Made by a program: the position numbers and the translations under genes
Notes under the pieces: model-generated
The model's input: only the letters and a program-made list of their open reading frames with translations
What the model was told of the DNA's origin: nothing
Database searches by the model: none
IMG/VR virus record: IMGVR_UViG_3300021364_000015
Coordinates: 4,531-68,530 of that record
DNA from: a virus
Reading direction: 5' to 3' (one strand)
Length of the DNA stretch: 64,000 nt
Part shown: one piece after another, positions 10,291 to 19,849 of the stretch
Position numbering within the stretch: position 1 is the first letter of the stretch
Layout of the letters: each line of letters begins with the position of its first letter

Positions 10291-10932
10291 TTAGGCCACC
10301 CTTACTCGGCGGTACCTTCTGATACTCTGCAACTCTCTTTCTGAAAACCCAGTTTCTAACGGAGCGACATTACGGGTATCCAATTCTTTCAGACCCACGA
10401 CATCATCATGCATGTTTTGCATTTCCCGAGTCGCTGCACGCAGCATCAACAACTTAAATGCTTTAATGTTCGTCCCGTCCAACCCAGCAGTATACGTAAT
10501 GGCAATCCGATCATTTGCGAAAGCGTTGAATAAGTCAATCCCGTAGTCCCTCGTAATATAGTCTCTCTCAGCAACTTGAGCAGTTGCAGTAGCCCCAGCA
10601 GACGCCGGAGTGATGGTTACTGAAGAAACCGAAACCACAGGGCTGTTTTCTAAATACAAAGTGTGCATGGGGGTGTAAATAACACCCGGAGAGGTTAAAG
10701 TCGAAGACGGCTCTGTTGTGTAGTTATGGTAATACTGCTGATTCACAATACCACGCCCAACATCAGGGACCCGATAAGTCTCCGTGAACGATGTCTGCTC
10801 CACGGGACGCCGAAGATAAGCCTCCAACTCAGCCTGTAAGCCATCAATGATAAACTGAGCGGCGTCTTCCTGAACGTTAGTTAACGTGATGTCCATGTAT
10901 GTTGTTATATCAGAAACTGTGATTAGCGCCAT
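10291..10932 (-). CDS. Head-tail connector / adaptor (gp6/gp15-like)
   Basis: 'LITVSDI..Y', 'LEAYLRR', 'PVVSVSSV', 'ITYTAG' motifs. Confidence 0.8.
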   Translation of the reverse strand: MALITVSDITTYMDITLTNVQEDAAQFIIDGLQAELEAYLRRPVEQTSFTETYRVPDVGRGIVNQQYYHNYTTEPSSTLTSPGVIYTPMHTLYLENSPVVSVSSVTITPASAGATATAQVAERDYITRDYGIDLFNAFANDRIAITYTAGLDGTNIKAFKLLMLRAATREMQNMHDDVVGLKELDTRNVAPLETGFSERELQSIRRYRRVRVA

Positions 10933-10952
10933 AACGCCACCTCAACTAAAAC

Positions 10953-11105
10953 TTAAGACCTGTTGCGGCCACGCCGTAAACGGTTAGCCCCACGACGAAG
11001 CCCACGGGCCAAACCACGGCGAAGACGGGTAAGAAGGCCCGGACGCCGAGCAGACGCATCTTCGTCGTCAAGTTCAACATCATCCACATCAATTGGTTCT
11101 GGCAT
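10953..11105 (-). CDS. 50-aa microprotein, acidic N-terminus and Arg-rich C-terminus
   Basis: AGGAGG RBS; MPEPIDVDDVELDDEDASARRPGLLTRLRRGLARGLRRGANRLRRGRNRS*; below the ORF-track cutoff. Confidence 0.7.
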   Translation of the reverse strand: MPEPIDVDDVELDDEDASARRPGLLTRLRRGLARGLRRGANRLRRGRNRS

Positions 11106-11175
11106 AATAACCTCCTAGGCAACGTCTGCTACTTATATATGATACCGTACCTTGACGGGGTACACAGATTACTCT

Positions 11176-11670
11176 TTAGTCGAAAGAGGTCAGAGGGAAA
11201 AAGAAACTGCCGTCCAGTAGCATCATACCAATCACTGAGTATCCCACAATATCAAGATACGTGTCGTGAAGACTTTCATTTTGGGCTTCCCGCCCCTGCG
11301 AGACTAAGTTCTCTAAACGGGCCACCTTATCATGTAGCCGCAGAAGTAGCCCGGAATGTCCAAATCTGGCAATATTATTTGGCCCGTAGTCTCCCTGCTT
11401 CATGCACAGTGTCGAAACTGTCTCGTTTTCATCAAGTTGACCGCTCGCTAAAATAGCCAAACTACCCAACCCCAACCAGTCTACAGGGGTGGGTGTCAGA
11501 TCGCTGCTGTCAAAATAGGTGTCAATCATATTGTCCAGATGAATCCGAAGGCGCTTATTATAAGCCCCCGCAGACTCGTCAAGACGGTTATGCGCTACCC
11601 TAAAGATTTCCTCAGTATGCTGAGCAGCGTAAGCATCCCACGTGGGGACGCAAGACTCAACTGTTGTCAT
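11176..11670 (-). CDS. DUF1599-like (nucleotide-modification-associated) protein
   Basis: 'KQGDYG...RLHDKVARLENL...ESLHDTYLDIVGYSVIG'. Confidence 0.7.
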   Translation of the reverse strand: MTTVESCVPTWDAYAAQHTEEIFRVAHNRLDESAGAYNKRLRIHLDNMIDTYFDSSDLTPTPVDWLGLGSLAILASGQLDENETVSTLCMKQGDYGPNNIARFGHSGLLLRLHDKVARLENLVSQGREAQNESLHDTYLDIVGYSVIGMMLLDGSFFFPLTSFD

Positions 11671-11968
11671 TACTTGACCCCACCGCTGAACTGATGCCGA
11701 TCTTTAGTAGAAATAGCACCCAAACTAATCCGCTGAATGCGAATGCATCAACATACCCAATACCGGGCTGAAAAGCCTCAATGTTCTCCCATACACGGTT
11801 TACTGTACTGTTAAGTACCATAACCGCAAGCGCTGAAATGGCATTAACAAGAATAAACGCTAAAATTCCCACAGACGCTGCTCCGGTCTGTGACGATGAC
11901 TTTTCATTTTCTGATGTCAATTTACTGAGCACCTTTTCCCAATCCTGATCTTTATCTGACTTAGACAT
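11657..11968 (-). CDS. Hypothetical membrane protein (2 TM)
   Basis: Two hydrophobic segments; overlaps neighbouring genes. Confidence 0.6.
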   Translation of the reverse strand: MSKSDKDQDWEKVLSKLTSENEKSSSQTGAASVGILAFILVNAISALAVMVLNSTVNRVWENIEAFQPGIGYVDAFAFSGLVWVLFLLKIGISSAVGSSNDNS

Positions 11969-12344
11969 AATTCTCCTTAACTATTTGATGTACTCTCTGT
12001 CTGGAAAGGCCATACCGCTTTGCAATCGACGCCAATGACATACCCGACTCGTGGAGTCGCCCAATATCATTGTTTCGTTCAAGCACTTCATCCTTCGACT
12101 TTGGTCCGGGTCGAACCGGTCCCCATTGCCAACTGGTCAAACACTCTAACAGCACAACCCGTTCGTCGGACAGCGCTCCTTGCTTGTAGCGGGTGCGCAT
12201 ATAACTAACCCAGTTACCCAAGTTAATTTCTTCACCATCCGGCAGGAACTCTATGTGTCCGCTGGGCGGCATGGCGTCACCGTACCTTTCGCAGTACTGA
12301 ACCAAAGCAGTGTAATGTTTCTTCCATCGCTCATGGTGATTCAT
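11961..12344 (-). CDS. Helicase-associated (HA) domain plus C-terminal HTH, putative DNA-binding regulator
   Basis: 'W...Y..L..Y....G...P......LGNWV..MR..YK.G.LS.ER...L' HA motif; 'SLASIAKRYGLSRQRVHQI' HTH; promoter TTGACA-17-TATCAT-6nt-ATG. Confidence 0.75.
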   Translation of the reverse strand: MNHHERWKKHYTALVQYCERYGDAMPPSGHIEFLPDGEEINLGNWVSYMRTRYKQGALSDERVVLLECLTSWQWGPVRPGPKSKDEVLERNNDIGRLHESGMSLASIAKRYGLSRQRVHQIVKENYV

Positions 12345-12386
12345 AGAAGTATGATAATACAGATACAGGGCAGTGTCAAGCCGACA

Positions 12387-12740
12387 TCAGGATAACTCAA
12401 TTTCTTTTGCCAAAGACCTCAACCGTTTGACTGTCTTTTCAGTACCTACTCGCTCAGACCATTCTACAATGTCTTCAGCGACATCTAACTCAATAGCCTC
12501 CCAACATCGAATAAACTGCGCACGATACGGAGCGGGAACGGCTTCCAGTAAATAGAAAAAGTCGTCTACCTCTGGATACTTCGTGAATCCACAAATAGAC
12601 GCCAAGGCAAAAGGTAGAGAAACGTTCCCCTCGGGAGTCAGAGGAACAGTGGAGGACAGCCCGTGAAACTGAATCATGTCAGCCAAATACGACAAGTCGA
12701 TAAATATTTTATGGTCTTTGAACTCCCGCATAGAAGGCAT
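12387..12740 (-). CDS. Hypothetical protein
   Basis: ORF with its own promoter TTGCAC-18-TAATAT-6nt-ATG. Confidence 0.6.
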   Translation of the reverse strand: MPSMREFKDHKIFIDLSYLADMIQFHGLSSTVPLTPEGNVSLPFALASICGFTKYPEVDDFFYLLEAVPAPYRAQFIRCWEAIELDVAEDIVEWSERVGTEKTVKRLRSLAKEIELS

Positions 12741-12761
12741 ACACCTATATTAAACGCCAAA

Positions 12762-12790
12762 CGGGGTCTGGTGCAAGTGACCAGACCCCG
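12762..12790 (-). terminator. Hairpin / terminator downstream of ahpC
   Basis: CGGGGTCTGGT-7nt-ACCAGACCCCG inverted repeat, short T run on the minus strand. Confidence 0.55.
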
Positions 12791-12935
12791 CCTAGATAAT
12801 TTGATTGCTAATCGGCTACCGGCTTAACCGATATCCACAATCTCCTCCTTCGGGGTTAGCCTACTTGCCGGTACAAGTATTAATTTACACCCCAAACTTT
12901 CGCCAGATTGCAACTTTAGAAATTATAATACTGGG

Positions 12936-13448
12936 CTATCCAACAAAGTCGTCACCCGGATTCCACGAACAACCGGTCAAACCACCTGCCCGTAGAGCCT
13001 TCAAGGTTCGGATAGTTTCGTCCACGTTTCGCCCAGTGTCCAACTCGTTCACTGTCACCGACCTGATAGTATTGAACTCGTCAACAATGTAAGTAGCACG
13101 TAAAGCAACACCTTCAATAGTGTCCTCAATGCCCAAGAACCTAGTCAAATACAAACCAGTATCAGCGCCTAGCGTATGCTGAATGCTACCGATCAACTCA
13201 TTAGACTGCTTCCAGTTCAACTTACAATGCTCATTATCCCCACTGAACCCGACAACGGCAACGTCTTCGTCTACGAGACGATCCATGTCTCTAATCTCGG
13301 TAGGGCAAATGAAAGTAAAGTCCTTCGGGTAGAAGTAAAATACCTTCCACATTCCGTCAAAGTCGTCAAGAGTGACATCCACAAACTCGTTGTCTGCGTT
13401 GACTCCGACCATACCAAAAGCAGGGAATTGTTCTGTTACACCAATCAT
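12936..13448 (-). CDS. ahpC: Peroxiredoxin (AhpC/TSA family)
   Basis: FYPKDFTFICPTE peroxidatic motif; 'ALRATYIVD', 'GRNVDE'. Confidence 0.95.
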   Translation of the reverse strand: MIGVTEQFPAFGMVGVNADNEFVDVTLDDFDGMWKVFYFYPKDFTFICPTEIRDMDRLVDEDVAVVGFSGDNEHCKLNWKQSNELIGSIQHTLGADTGLYLTRFLGIEDTIEGVALRATYIVDEFNTIRSVTVNELDTGRNVDETIRTLKALRAGGLTGCSWNPGDDFVG

Positions 13449-13498
13449 ACAGATATATTACCTGCGCCGGAATAGATAAGCAAGCAGCACCCTAAACA

Positions 13499-15454
13499 TT
13501 ATCGGATGGGACAGGCCCCAGTTGCACACTCAGCGTCGAACTCATCGTCAGACATGATCGTAGAACCGGTCAACTTCTCACCAAGCGGAGATGTGGTGCT
13601 AAGCACATGCTCGTACTCTTCCTTAGTCAACTCGCCCATCGGAGCCTGATCAAATCCATGCTCGCTGTGTAGCAAGAACGAAACAGACTTCATCTCATGC
13701 CAGTGCTCCGCAAGGTACTCACGGATACCGTCCAACTCTTCACTCTTGTAATAGACCGTCACAGAAATAGCGTTGTCAGCCCAAACCTTCTGCAAGCGAC
13801 GAACAAGGTCCATCTGCTCAATCGCAGTCATGTCCTTAGCCTCAATCGTACCATCAGGGAACGCACACGGGAACTCAACAACAACCGTGCGATGATCCTC
13901 TGAACCATCAAAGTTGCGAAGAGGCTCAACATAGAAGCCCTTTGACCGGCAGTAGTTCACAAGCACGTCACCCGAAGCCATACGCATACGCTTCACGAAG
14001 TACTGGCTGAAGCCGGGGTGAACGCCGGGAGTGACCCCCGGAAGAAGGCTGAGAGTGCCAGAAGGCTTGATGGTTGTCAGACGAATTGACTCCGGCCAAC
14101 CACGATGAGCCGACCATTCCGCATCTAGCGCACGCAATGAAACGTATGCCTGATCCAGCCAATCAATCTTGTCCATAGCCTGAGCCACGCCCGTAATGCC
14201 CAAGCCAAGACGCATGTTCTTAGAAGTGATCTTATCAGACGTGGGATCAAGATAACCTAGAGCAGCGGTAGCCTTCTGCACCTTGTAGAGCAGATGAGCG
14301 ACATCTTCAAGTTCTTCCGGTGAATCAATCATCGGAAGGAAGATTTCGGAAAGGTTACACGACTCACGGTTAGCCAACGGGATTTCAGCACAGGGGTTAA
14401 CGCCAACAATAGACGGATCATGACGCCGTTCGCCCATGCGACCAAACTGGCGAGAAGCCTCAAGGTTGAAGAAACCGTAAGGCTCGCCGTTGCCCTTGTA
14501 ACCTTCCCAAATCATCTCAGGCATATCCTTCATCTGCTCAGGTGAAACAAACACGGTGTTGTTGGACATGGCACGCTCAATAGGAATGTCACCCAAGTCC
14601 CAACGCTTCGCCATCAAGTAGTCTTCGTCATCAAGACGGCCAACTGCAATCTCGGCGCTCCGACGAACGTTACCAGCAACCACGATTGAACCAATGATGT
14701 TCATACAGTCCAGAACTTCAACAGAAGTGAGGGTGCGGCCAACCGCACCATCCAGAACAGCACAAATCTTTTCGATACCCGAGATCAAAATGTCAGGACC
14801 AGAAGCGGTACCACCAAACGTCTTGATGGGTACACCAGCGGGCCGAATGAGATGAGTCGCATACGCCATGTACTGCGGTTCATCGTCGCCACCGAGGTAG
14901 CACTCAAAGACCTTGCGGATAACATTGCCCCAACCCTCACGAGTATCAGGAACAATAAAGTCAGCGTCGTTTGCGTCCTGATGGCTGACCCAAGCATCAC
15001 GAACCACGCCTAGACGCTCCGGCCTATCACACGAGAAGCCCACGCCGCCACCAAGCATCAAACGCTCAACAGCCCAAGAAAAGTCGGTCGGCTTCTGAAC
15101 GTCTACGAACCAACAGTTCACAAGGCTATCGCCACCAAGACGCTGGTTGTTCTCGGTACCCAACTGCCACAACATGCGGCCCGCAACTGAACCCTTCAGG
15201 TTGAACAAATAATCATACAGACGCTTTGCCTCGTCTTGGCTCAACTGAGCACCAATGCTCTGAGCACCATTCACCACTCGCTGAATAGTCTCATGCCACT
15301 CCTCGGTACGTTCAATAATGTCTGTACCGGCTTCAAAAATGGGCCGAGCATAAGTTCTCTTATAAGTCACATAGCCCAAACCATTGAAGCCCCACGGGGG
15401 CATCTGGTCGGCATACTCGCTAGCAAAGTCGTCGGAAATGAAAAAAGGGTCCAC
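13499..15454 (-). CDS. nrdJ: Class II (B12-dependent) ribonucleoside-triphosphate reductase
   Basis: 'YKRTYAR', 'GRMLW', 'GGGVGF', 'VAGNVRRSA', NPCAEI, 'TTIKPSGT', C-terminal CATGACP. Confidence 0.93.
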   Translation of the reverse strand: MDPFFISDDFASEYADQMPPWGFNGLGYVTYKRTYARPIFEAGTDIIERTEEWHETIQRVVNGAQSIGAQLSQDEAKRLYDYLFNLKGSVAGRMLWQLGTENNQRLGGDSLVNCWFVDVQKPTDFSWAVERLMLGGGVGFSCDRPERLGVVRDAWVSHQDANDADFIVPDTREGWGNVIRKVFECYLGGDDEPQYMAYATHLIRPAGVPIKTFGGTASGPDILISGIEKICAVLDGAVGRTLTSVEVLDCMNIIGSIVVAGNVRRSAEIAVGRLDDEDYLMAKRWDLGDIPIERAMSNNTVFVSPEQMKDMPEMIWEGYKGNGEPYGFFNLEASRQFGRMGERRHDPSIVGVNPCAEIPLANRESCNLSEIFLPMIDSPEELEDVAHLLYKVQKATAALGYLDPTSDKITSKNMRLGLGITGVAQAMDKIDWLDQAYVSLRALDAEWSAHRGWPESIRLTTIKPSGTLSLLPGVTPGVHPGFSQYFVKRMRMASGDVLVNYCRSKGFYVEPLRNFDGSEDHRTVVVEFPCAFPDGTIEAKDMTAIEQMDLVRRLQKVWADNAISVTVYYKSEELDGIREYLAEHWHEMKSVSFLLHSEHGFDQAPMGELTKEEYEHVLSTTSPLGEKLTGSTIMSDDEFDAECATGACPIR

Positions 15455-15588
15455 TGTTCTCTCTTTCTGTGTAGGCGTGATTTAGGTGGTTCTAGTATTC
15501 TAACGGCAACCCGACAGACGAGACTGTCAAGTTGTCGTGAGACTTGCAAGATTTAGTGGTTAAATGATACCACTCACCCTGCGGGAAG

Positions 15589-16320
15589 TCAAACTGAAAT
15601 ATCAGCAAGTTTGCGAGCCATGTCAGTTCTACCAGAAAACAACAAAAACAACCCTGCGGCTTTTTCTTCAATCGCAACTACCGCTTTGTCGTTTTTTCCT
15701 ATTGTCACGTTCAGTAAACCAACTGCACACAATTTACGAACAACATCTACAAACTCAACTTCTGAATTAATCCAAAGTCCAGACTTGGATGTTTTCTCCA
15801 TAAGAGAACCTATGCTATCACACAACTTACCCTGAGTCAAGAGTGCGTTCAAAAGAACCGCTGAAATTTCTTCCCAGTCCCCAAACAAAGAAAGTGAAGG
15901 CCGAACGGTTGCATCGCACAGCATAGACCGTTCGTTCCCAGACAGACAAACTGCCGCCTCTAAAGCATAGTCATGCTCGCCGTGAATTGCTAGAAACAGA
16001 ACGGCGTTATCCTGCAACTCCACCATCGACAAAACTTGATTCTCGTATACACAGTCTACTAAACAGAACTCACTCGCTACAGCCATCAGCCTTTCAGCGT
16101 CGTCAAACGAGTAATGATCTTCCGTAGAGTTAATAACAGACTGCACCACTAAAATCAAATCTAACGTGGAGTCGGCAACAATACCTTCACTGCTTATCAA
16201 AAATCCTAAAAAGCGTATGATGCCATCAACGTAATAGTCATCTACGGCATCCAAAACTGCCACGTCGTCTTTAGTCCAAGTTGGAATAGGGAAGTTCGAC
16301 TCGCTCTCATATATAGGCAT
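15589..16320 (-). CDS. Hypothetical protein
   Basis: 243-aa ORF; TATAAT-5nt-ATG leaderless start just after the MCP terminator. Confidence 0.6.
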   Translation of the reverse strand: MPIYESESNFPIPTWTKDDVAVLDAVDDYYVDGIIRFLGFLISSEGIVADSTLDLILVVQSVINSTEDHYSFDDAERLMAVASEFCLVDCVYENQVLSMVELQDNAVLFLAIHGEHDYALEAAVCLSGNERSMLCDATVRPSLSLFGDWEEISAVLLNALLTQGKLCDSIGSLMEKTSKSGLWINSEVEFVDVVRKLCAVGLLNVTIGKNDKAVVAIEEKAAGLFLLFSGRTDMARKLADISV

Positions 16321-16333
16321 ACCCTATTATAGC

Positions 16334-16361
16334 AAAAGCCCCCCAGCCGAAGCCGGGGGGC
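16334..16361 (-). terminator. Intrinsic terminator after major capsid gene
   Basis: GCCCCCC...GGGGGGC hairpin followed by TTTT on the minus strand. Confidence 0.75.
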
Positions 16362-16410
16362 CTTTGAACTAATCGCTAGGTTTCAGCGACCACTCAACTA
16401 ATCTCTAGGA

Positions 16411-17715
16411 TCAGGGAGCGGCAGGTGCTGAGTCGAATGTGACCTTGACGAACGACTCTGGACGCTTCACAGCGAGAGCCAGACGCTCTTCAGCAAGCAC
16501 CACGATGGCGTTGCGGACGAAGAAGTCTGAATGCTGTTCCGAAATACGGATTGAAGCAGCCTCACGGTCGTACAACTGAGCACCAGTACCGAACGCACCA
16601 ACGAGAGCAGTGCCCTCAGCGATGGCCGGAGTGTCGATGACAGGAATACGCCAGACACGTGACTCTGCACCACCAGCAACTGACATGGCAAGAAGGTACG
16701 TGCCCTGTGAGTTCTTGGTGAGTTCAATGTCTTCCCAATCTGATGGGTGGACAATGATGCCAGTCGGCTCGTAGTAGGCGAGGTACGCAAGCGTAGCCGC
16801 ACGACGAAGAGCGTCAGCCTTGGTGTCAACGACAGGTGTGTTTGCACCTGATGACCATGAGTAGGTCTGAATGCCTGAAGTGTTAAGGATACCAGTAAGG
16901 TCCTCACCAGTGCCAGCACCGGAAAGAATCTGGTTGTCCTCGGTCAGACGAAGACCGTACAGGAGTTCGTTGTCGATGATCGAACGCAACTGCGGCTCGT
17001 CAGCGAGAACGTTCCGGTGAGCGGCTTCCCAGTGAGCAATCGTGCGAACAGGAGCCTGCTCGCCAACGAAAGTCATGCTTGACTGAGGCTTTGCGCCAAA
17101 GTTGTCAGGCGAGCCAGAGACGTACTCAGGCACAACTGAAGCGGCGTTTGTGAAGCCGCTCTGACGGAAGTACTCAATGACAGCAGCGTTGGTGGTGCGT
17201 GCCGGGAAAAGGTCACGAACACGGCTACGACGCTGTGCAATCGGAACGATGCCATCACGCTCAACAGCACCGAAGGCTGAAGGGGTGCCTGAAGGCAGTC
17301 CTGAGTAGATGTCCTTGGTGTGAAGTGACTTAGCCTCAAAAGGCGCAGACATGTTCACACCGTTGCGTCCGCCCTGAAGTGACTTGAACTCGGCTGAGTT
17401 GAGGAACTGATCGCCAACCGAACCACGGCTAGCGGCAACCTCGGCCTCAACGCCCGCAGCAACCTCAGCAGCGACTGACTTGAACTCAGCCTCTGATGAC
17501 CATGCTGACACATCACGAAGGGTGGTCATATCTTCAATAAGACCCTTGATCTCACGAATCTGGGTCATGTTGTTCTGGAATGCTGACTTCTTCTCGTCGT
17601 CAGCGATGAGGGTATTATCCTCAAACTGCATCGAATCAGCGATCTGCTGCTGCTCTGACATTTTCTCGTCTAGAGCGCTCTTCAGTTCGTTGAGCCGACC
17701 TTCATCAAAACTCAT
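16411..17715 (-). CDS. Major capsid protein, HK97 fold with N-terminal delta domain
   Basis: 'KPQSSMTF', 'TIAHW...LADEPQLRSIIDNEL.YGL...ED.QIL.G.G', 'DFFVRNAIVVLAEERLALAVKRPESFV'. Confidence 0.97.
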   Translation of the reverse strand: MSFDEGRLNELKSALDEKMSEQQQIADSMQFEDNTLIADDEKKSAFQNNMTQIREIKGLIEDMTTLRDVSAWSSEAEFKSVAAEVAAGVEAEVAASRGSVGDQFLNSAEFKSLQGGRNGVNMSAPFEAKSLHTKDIYSGLPSGTPSAFGAVERDGIVPIAQRRSRVRDLFPARTTNAAVIEYFRQSGFTNAASVVPEYVSGSPDNFGAKPQSSMTFVGEQAPVRTIAHWEAAHRNVLADEPQLRSIIDNELLYGLRLTEDNQILSGAGTGEDLTGILNTSGIQTYSWSSGANTPVVDTKADALRRAATLAYLAYYEPTGIIVHPSDWEDIELTKNSQGTYLLAMSVAGGAESRVWRIPVIDTPAIAEGTALVGAFGTGAQLYDREAASIRISEQHSDFFVRNAIVVLAEERLALAVKRPESFVKVTFDSAPAAP

Positions 17716-17911
17716 GTTAGTCTCCTTAAGGTTTGAGTTTCACATACTGTTTAATGACAGGCGACCCAACATTTAAAAAACAATGGTGGCGACACCAGTC
17801 ACTTATTATGCTAGCACCAACGTAAAGAGAATCACGGGAACTTTTGTAATAATCTGTTTATGCGGCACTAGGTACTAGTGTAATGTATATCACTCAGTTA
17901 GATCAAGGAGT

Positions 17912-19423
17912 CTACTTACGAGTAGACCGTGGATGCTTCTTCGGGAGCAAATCGTTATCAGTCGTATACTTGGAATTAGAAGGCTTACCACTAGACACGA
18001 GTTTTAAGAATGCATTGACACGGCCCATAGCCCACTGCTGGCGACCCATGCCCGGACGGTGCGTAGCAGAAAACGCTCCAGCACCTCGCCGCCAAACTGC
18101 CTTCAACATCCCTAAAGTTACCTTACGCTCAGGCTTATTTCGCTTCATCATCTTCTCGTTGTGCTCTTTCACTTTGTTTTTTAAAGAAGCCTCAACTTGA
18201 GCCGAAAGTTTAATACCACCACGGGTTCCAGAAGCCGTCCCCGGCTTGTTCCGGCGAGAACCCCGAATACGCTCAGAAGGTTTCGCCGGAGTCTTGGGAT
18301 CATTAGGCCCATACTTGCGAGCAGCCTTGGAACGAGTCTTCCAATTATCAGGGATCAGATCAGTCCGCCCTAAAGAACGTGCCCGCTTCATGATATGACG
18401 CTTAGCCGCCTCTCGGTCCTTGCCGAGACCATAAGCCTGAATAGCATTTCGTAAATCACCTACATCACGAATTGGGTACGAACCGTCAGGAAGGGCTAGT
18501 CCCCGCTTAGCATAATCCATGCGGCGAGCACGAGTGTAAAACCGCTTCTCTTCGATAGAATCAAAAGACTTCTTAGTTCCCTCCACCCGCTCAACAATGT
18601 CTTTGGCCCACGTATATCCCGCATCGCCGCCCCAAAGTGCCCAAGCAATACGGCCATTAGACGGGAAACCCTTCTCCCCCGGACGGTAACCCTCAGCCTT
18701 AGAATCGCTCTGATGACGATCAAAATACGCCTTCACTCTCTTAACTGTTCGATAGGGAAGGTTTTTACCGTTTGCAATATCACGAGCACGAGCAATTCCG
18801 ACCATCGTTCCACCACGACCAGTCTCCCGTCGCCACTTCAGACCCTTCTTGGCTTCCTCAACCATGCCCGCCGTGGGCTTAAACGAGTCGCTTACATCGG
18901 CCTTACCCGAAACCAGCCCGCCTCCCGGCAACGTCTCAATTCCACGTGGGCCACGTTCACGCAGATTCTCCCACGTGCGCTGGTTAACAACAACACGGCG
19001 TGCCGGTCGCTGCGCTCTCAAAATACGAGAACGACCAGCGCCAGCATTGCCGTGTGCCGCATTATGTTCTTCGGGCGTAGCACAAGGTGCCCACACGCCC
19101 TGACGGACCTGATGAGCACCACTACACCCTAAACGCACAGCCGCCATTTCTGCTTCGCTGCGGTTCTTGAAAACCCCTTTAGTGCGAGCGGCCTTCATGT
19201 GCATAATATCCATGACTGCCTTCTTCCGAGTTTGGTTCTTTTTCCAATCACGAAATGCAGGATTTCCCAACTCAATTAGTTTCAGTAAATCCCGTGGGGA
19301 TTCGCAGGGACCCCAAGCATCGTCACCAACTCGGTGCGACCCCGAACAGCCGAGAATACGAGATAGTTCCTCCGCCAGTTTCTTTGTTGGTACCGTCTGC
19401 TCAAGCAAGGGGTCCTTCGCCAT
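17912..19423 (-). CDS. Basic multidomain head-associated protein (two LGCxGxH..PC modules, a DUF6582-like module, other DNA-binding-like modules)
   Basis: Lys/Arg-rich; two 'LGCSG.H....W.PC' repeats; 'GSYPIRD..DLRNAI'; 'IAWALWGGDAG'; 'VWRRGAGAF...WAMGRVNAFL'; adjacent to MCP. Confidence 0.6.
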   Translation of the reverse strand: MAKDPLLEQTVPTKKLAEELSRILGCSGSHRVGDDAWGPCESPRDLLKLIELGNPAFRDWKKNQTRKKAVMDIMHMKAARTKGVFKNRSEAEMAAVRLGCSGAHQVRQGVWAPCATPEEHNAAHGNAGAGRSRILRAQRPARRVVVNQRTWENLRERGPRGIETLPGGGLVSGKADVSDSFKPTAGMVEEAKKGLKWRRETGRGGTMVGIARARDIANGKNLPYRTVKRVKAYFDRHQSDSKAEGYRPGEKGFPSNGRIAWALWGGDAGYTWAKDIVERVEGTKKSFDSIEEKRFYTRARRMDYAKRGLALPDGSYPIRDVGDLRNAIQAYGLGKDREAAKRHIMKRARSLGRTDLIPDNWKTRSKAARKYGPNDPKTPAKPSERIRGSRRNKPGTASGTRGGIKLSAQVEASLKNKVKEHNEKMMKRNKPERKVTLGMLKAVWRRGAGAFSATHRPGMGRQQWAMGRVNAFLKLVSSGKPSNSKYTTDNDLLPKKHPRSTRK

Positions 19424-19437
19424 ATTTTTACTCCATG

Positions 19438-19791
19438 TTAGTAAGCATAAATAGAATTAGAATTCTTCACATAACTATTATATGCGCCTGTATAGATTGC
19501 GTAAGTCTCCTTCACGGAATCATCGAAGAATCCCGACCGGTGAAGGTGACTCTTAAAGTCCGGGTATGTGATCGAAGAAAGTAGGTACTTTCCGATAACT
19601 TCCCAATCCGCCTTGTTAACCACAATGCGGAACTCGTAGTCTCGTGTGGGGGTGACAATGATTTCGTGAGAAACCTCTGCCGCCTCCATCAAATTTTCAA
19701 GATACTGGCGATGACGGGTGCGAATCACCATCTCATTTCCAGAATCGTGTTCAACAATCGAATAAGCGCCATGCTTTGTGTACATCCACAT
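19438..19791 (-). CDS. Hypothetical protein (moron-like, own promoter)
   Basis: MWMYTKHGAYSIV...; strong RBS GAAAGGAG. Confidence 0.75.
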   Translation of the reverse strand: MWMYTKHGAYSIVEHDSGNEMVIRTRHRQYLENLMEAAEVSHEIIVTPTRDYEFRIVVNKADWEVIGKYLLSSITYPDFKSHLHRSGFFDDSVKETYAIYTGAYNSYVKNSNSIYAY

Positions 19792-19819
19792 ACTTTTCTC
19801 CTTTCGTGTGAATCTTACA

Positions 19820-19849
19820 ATTATAGCACGACCCTCACTTGCTTGTCAA
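19820..19849 (-). promoter_or_regulatory. Consensus SigA promoter
   Basis: TTGACA-18-TATAAT. Confidence 0.8.
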
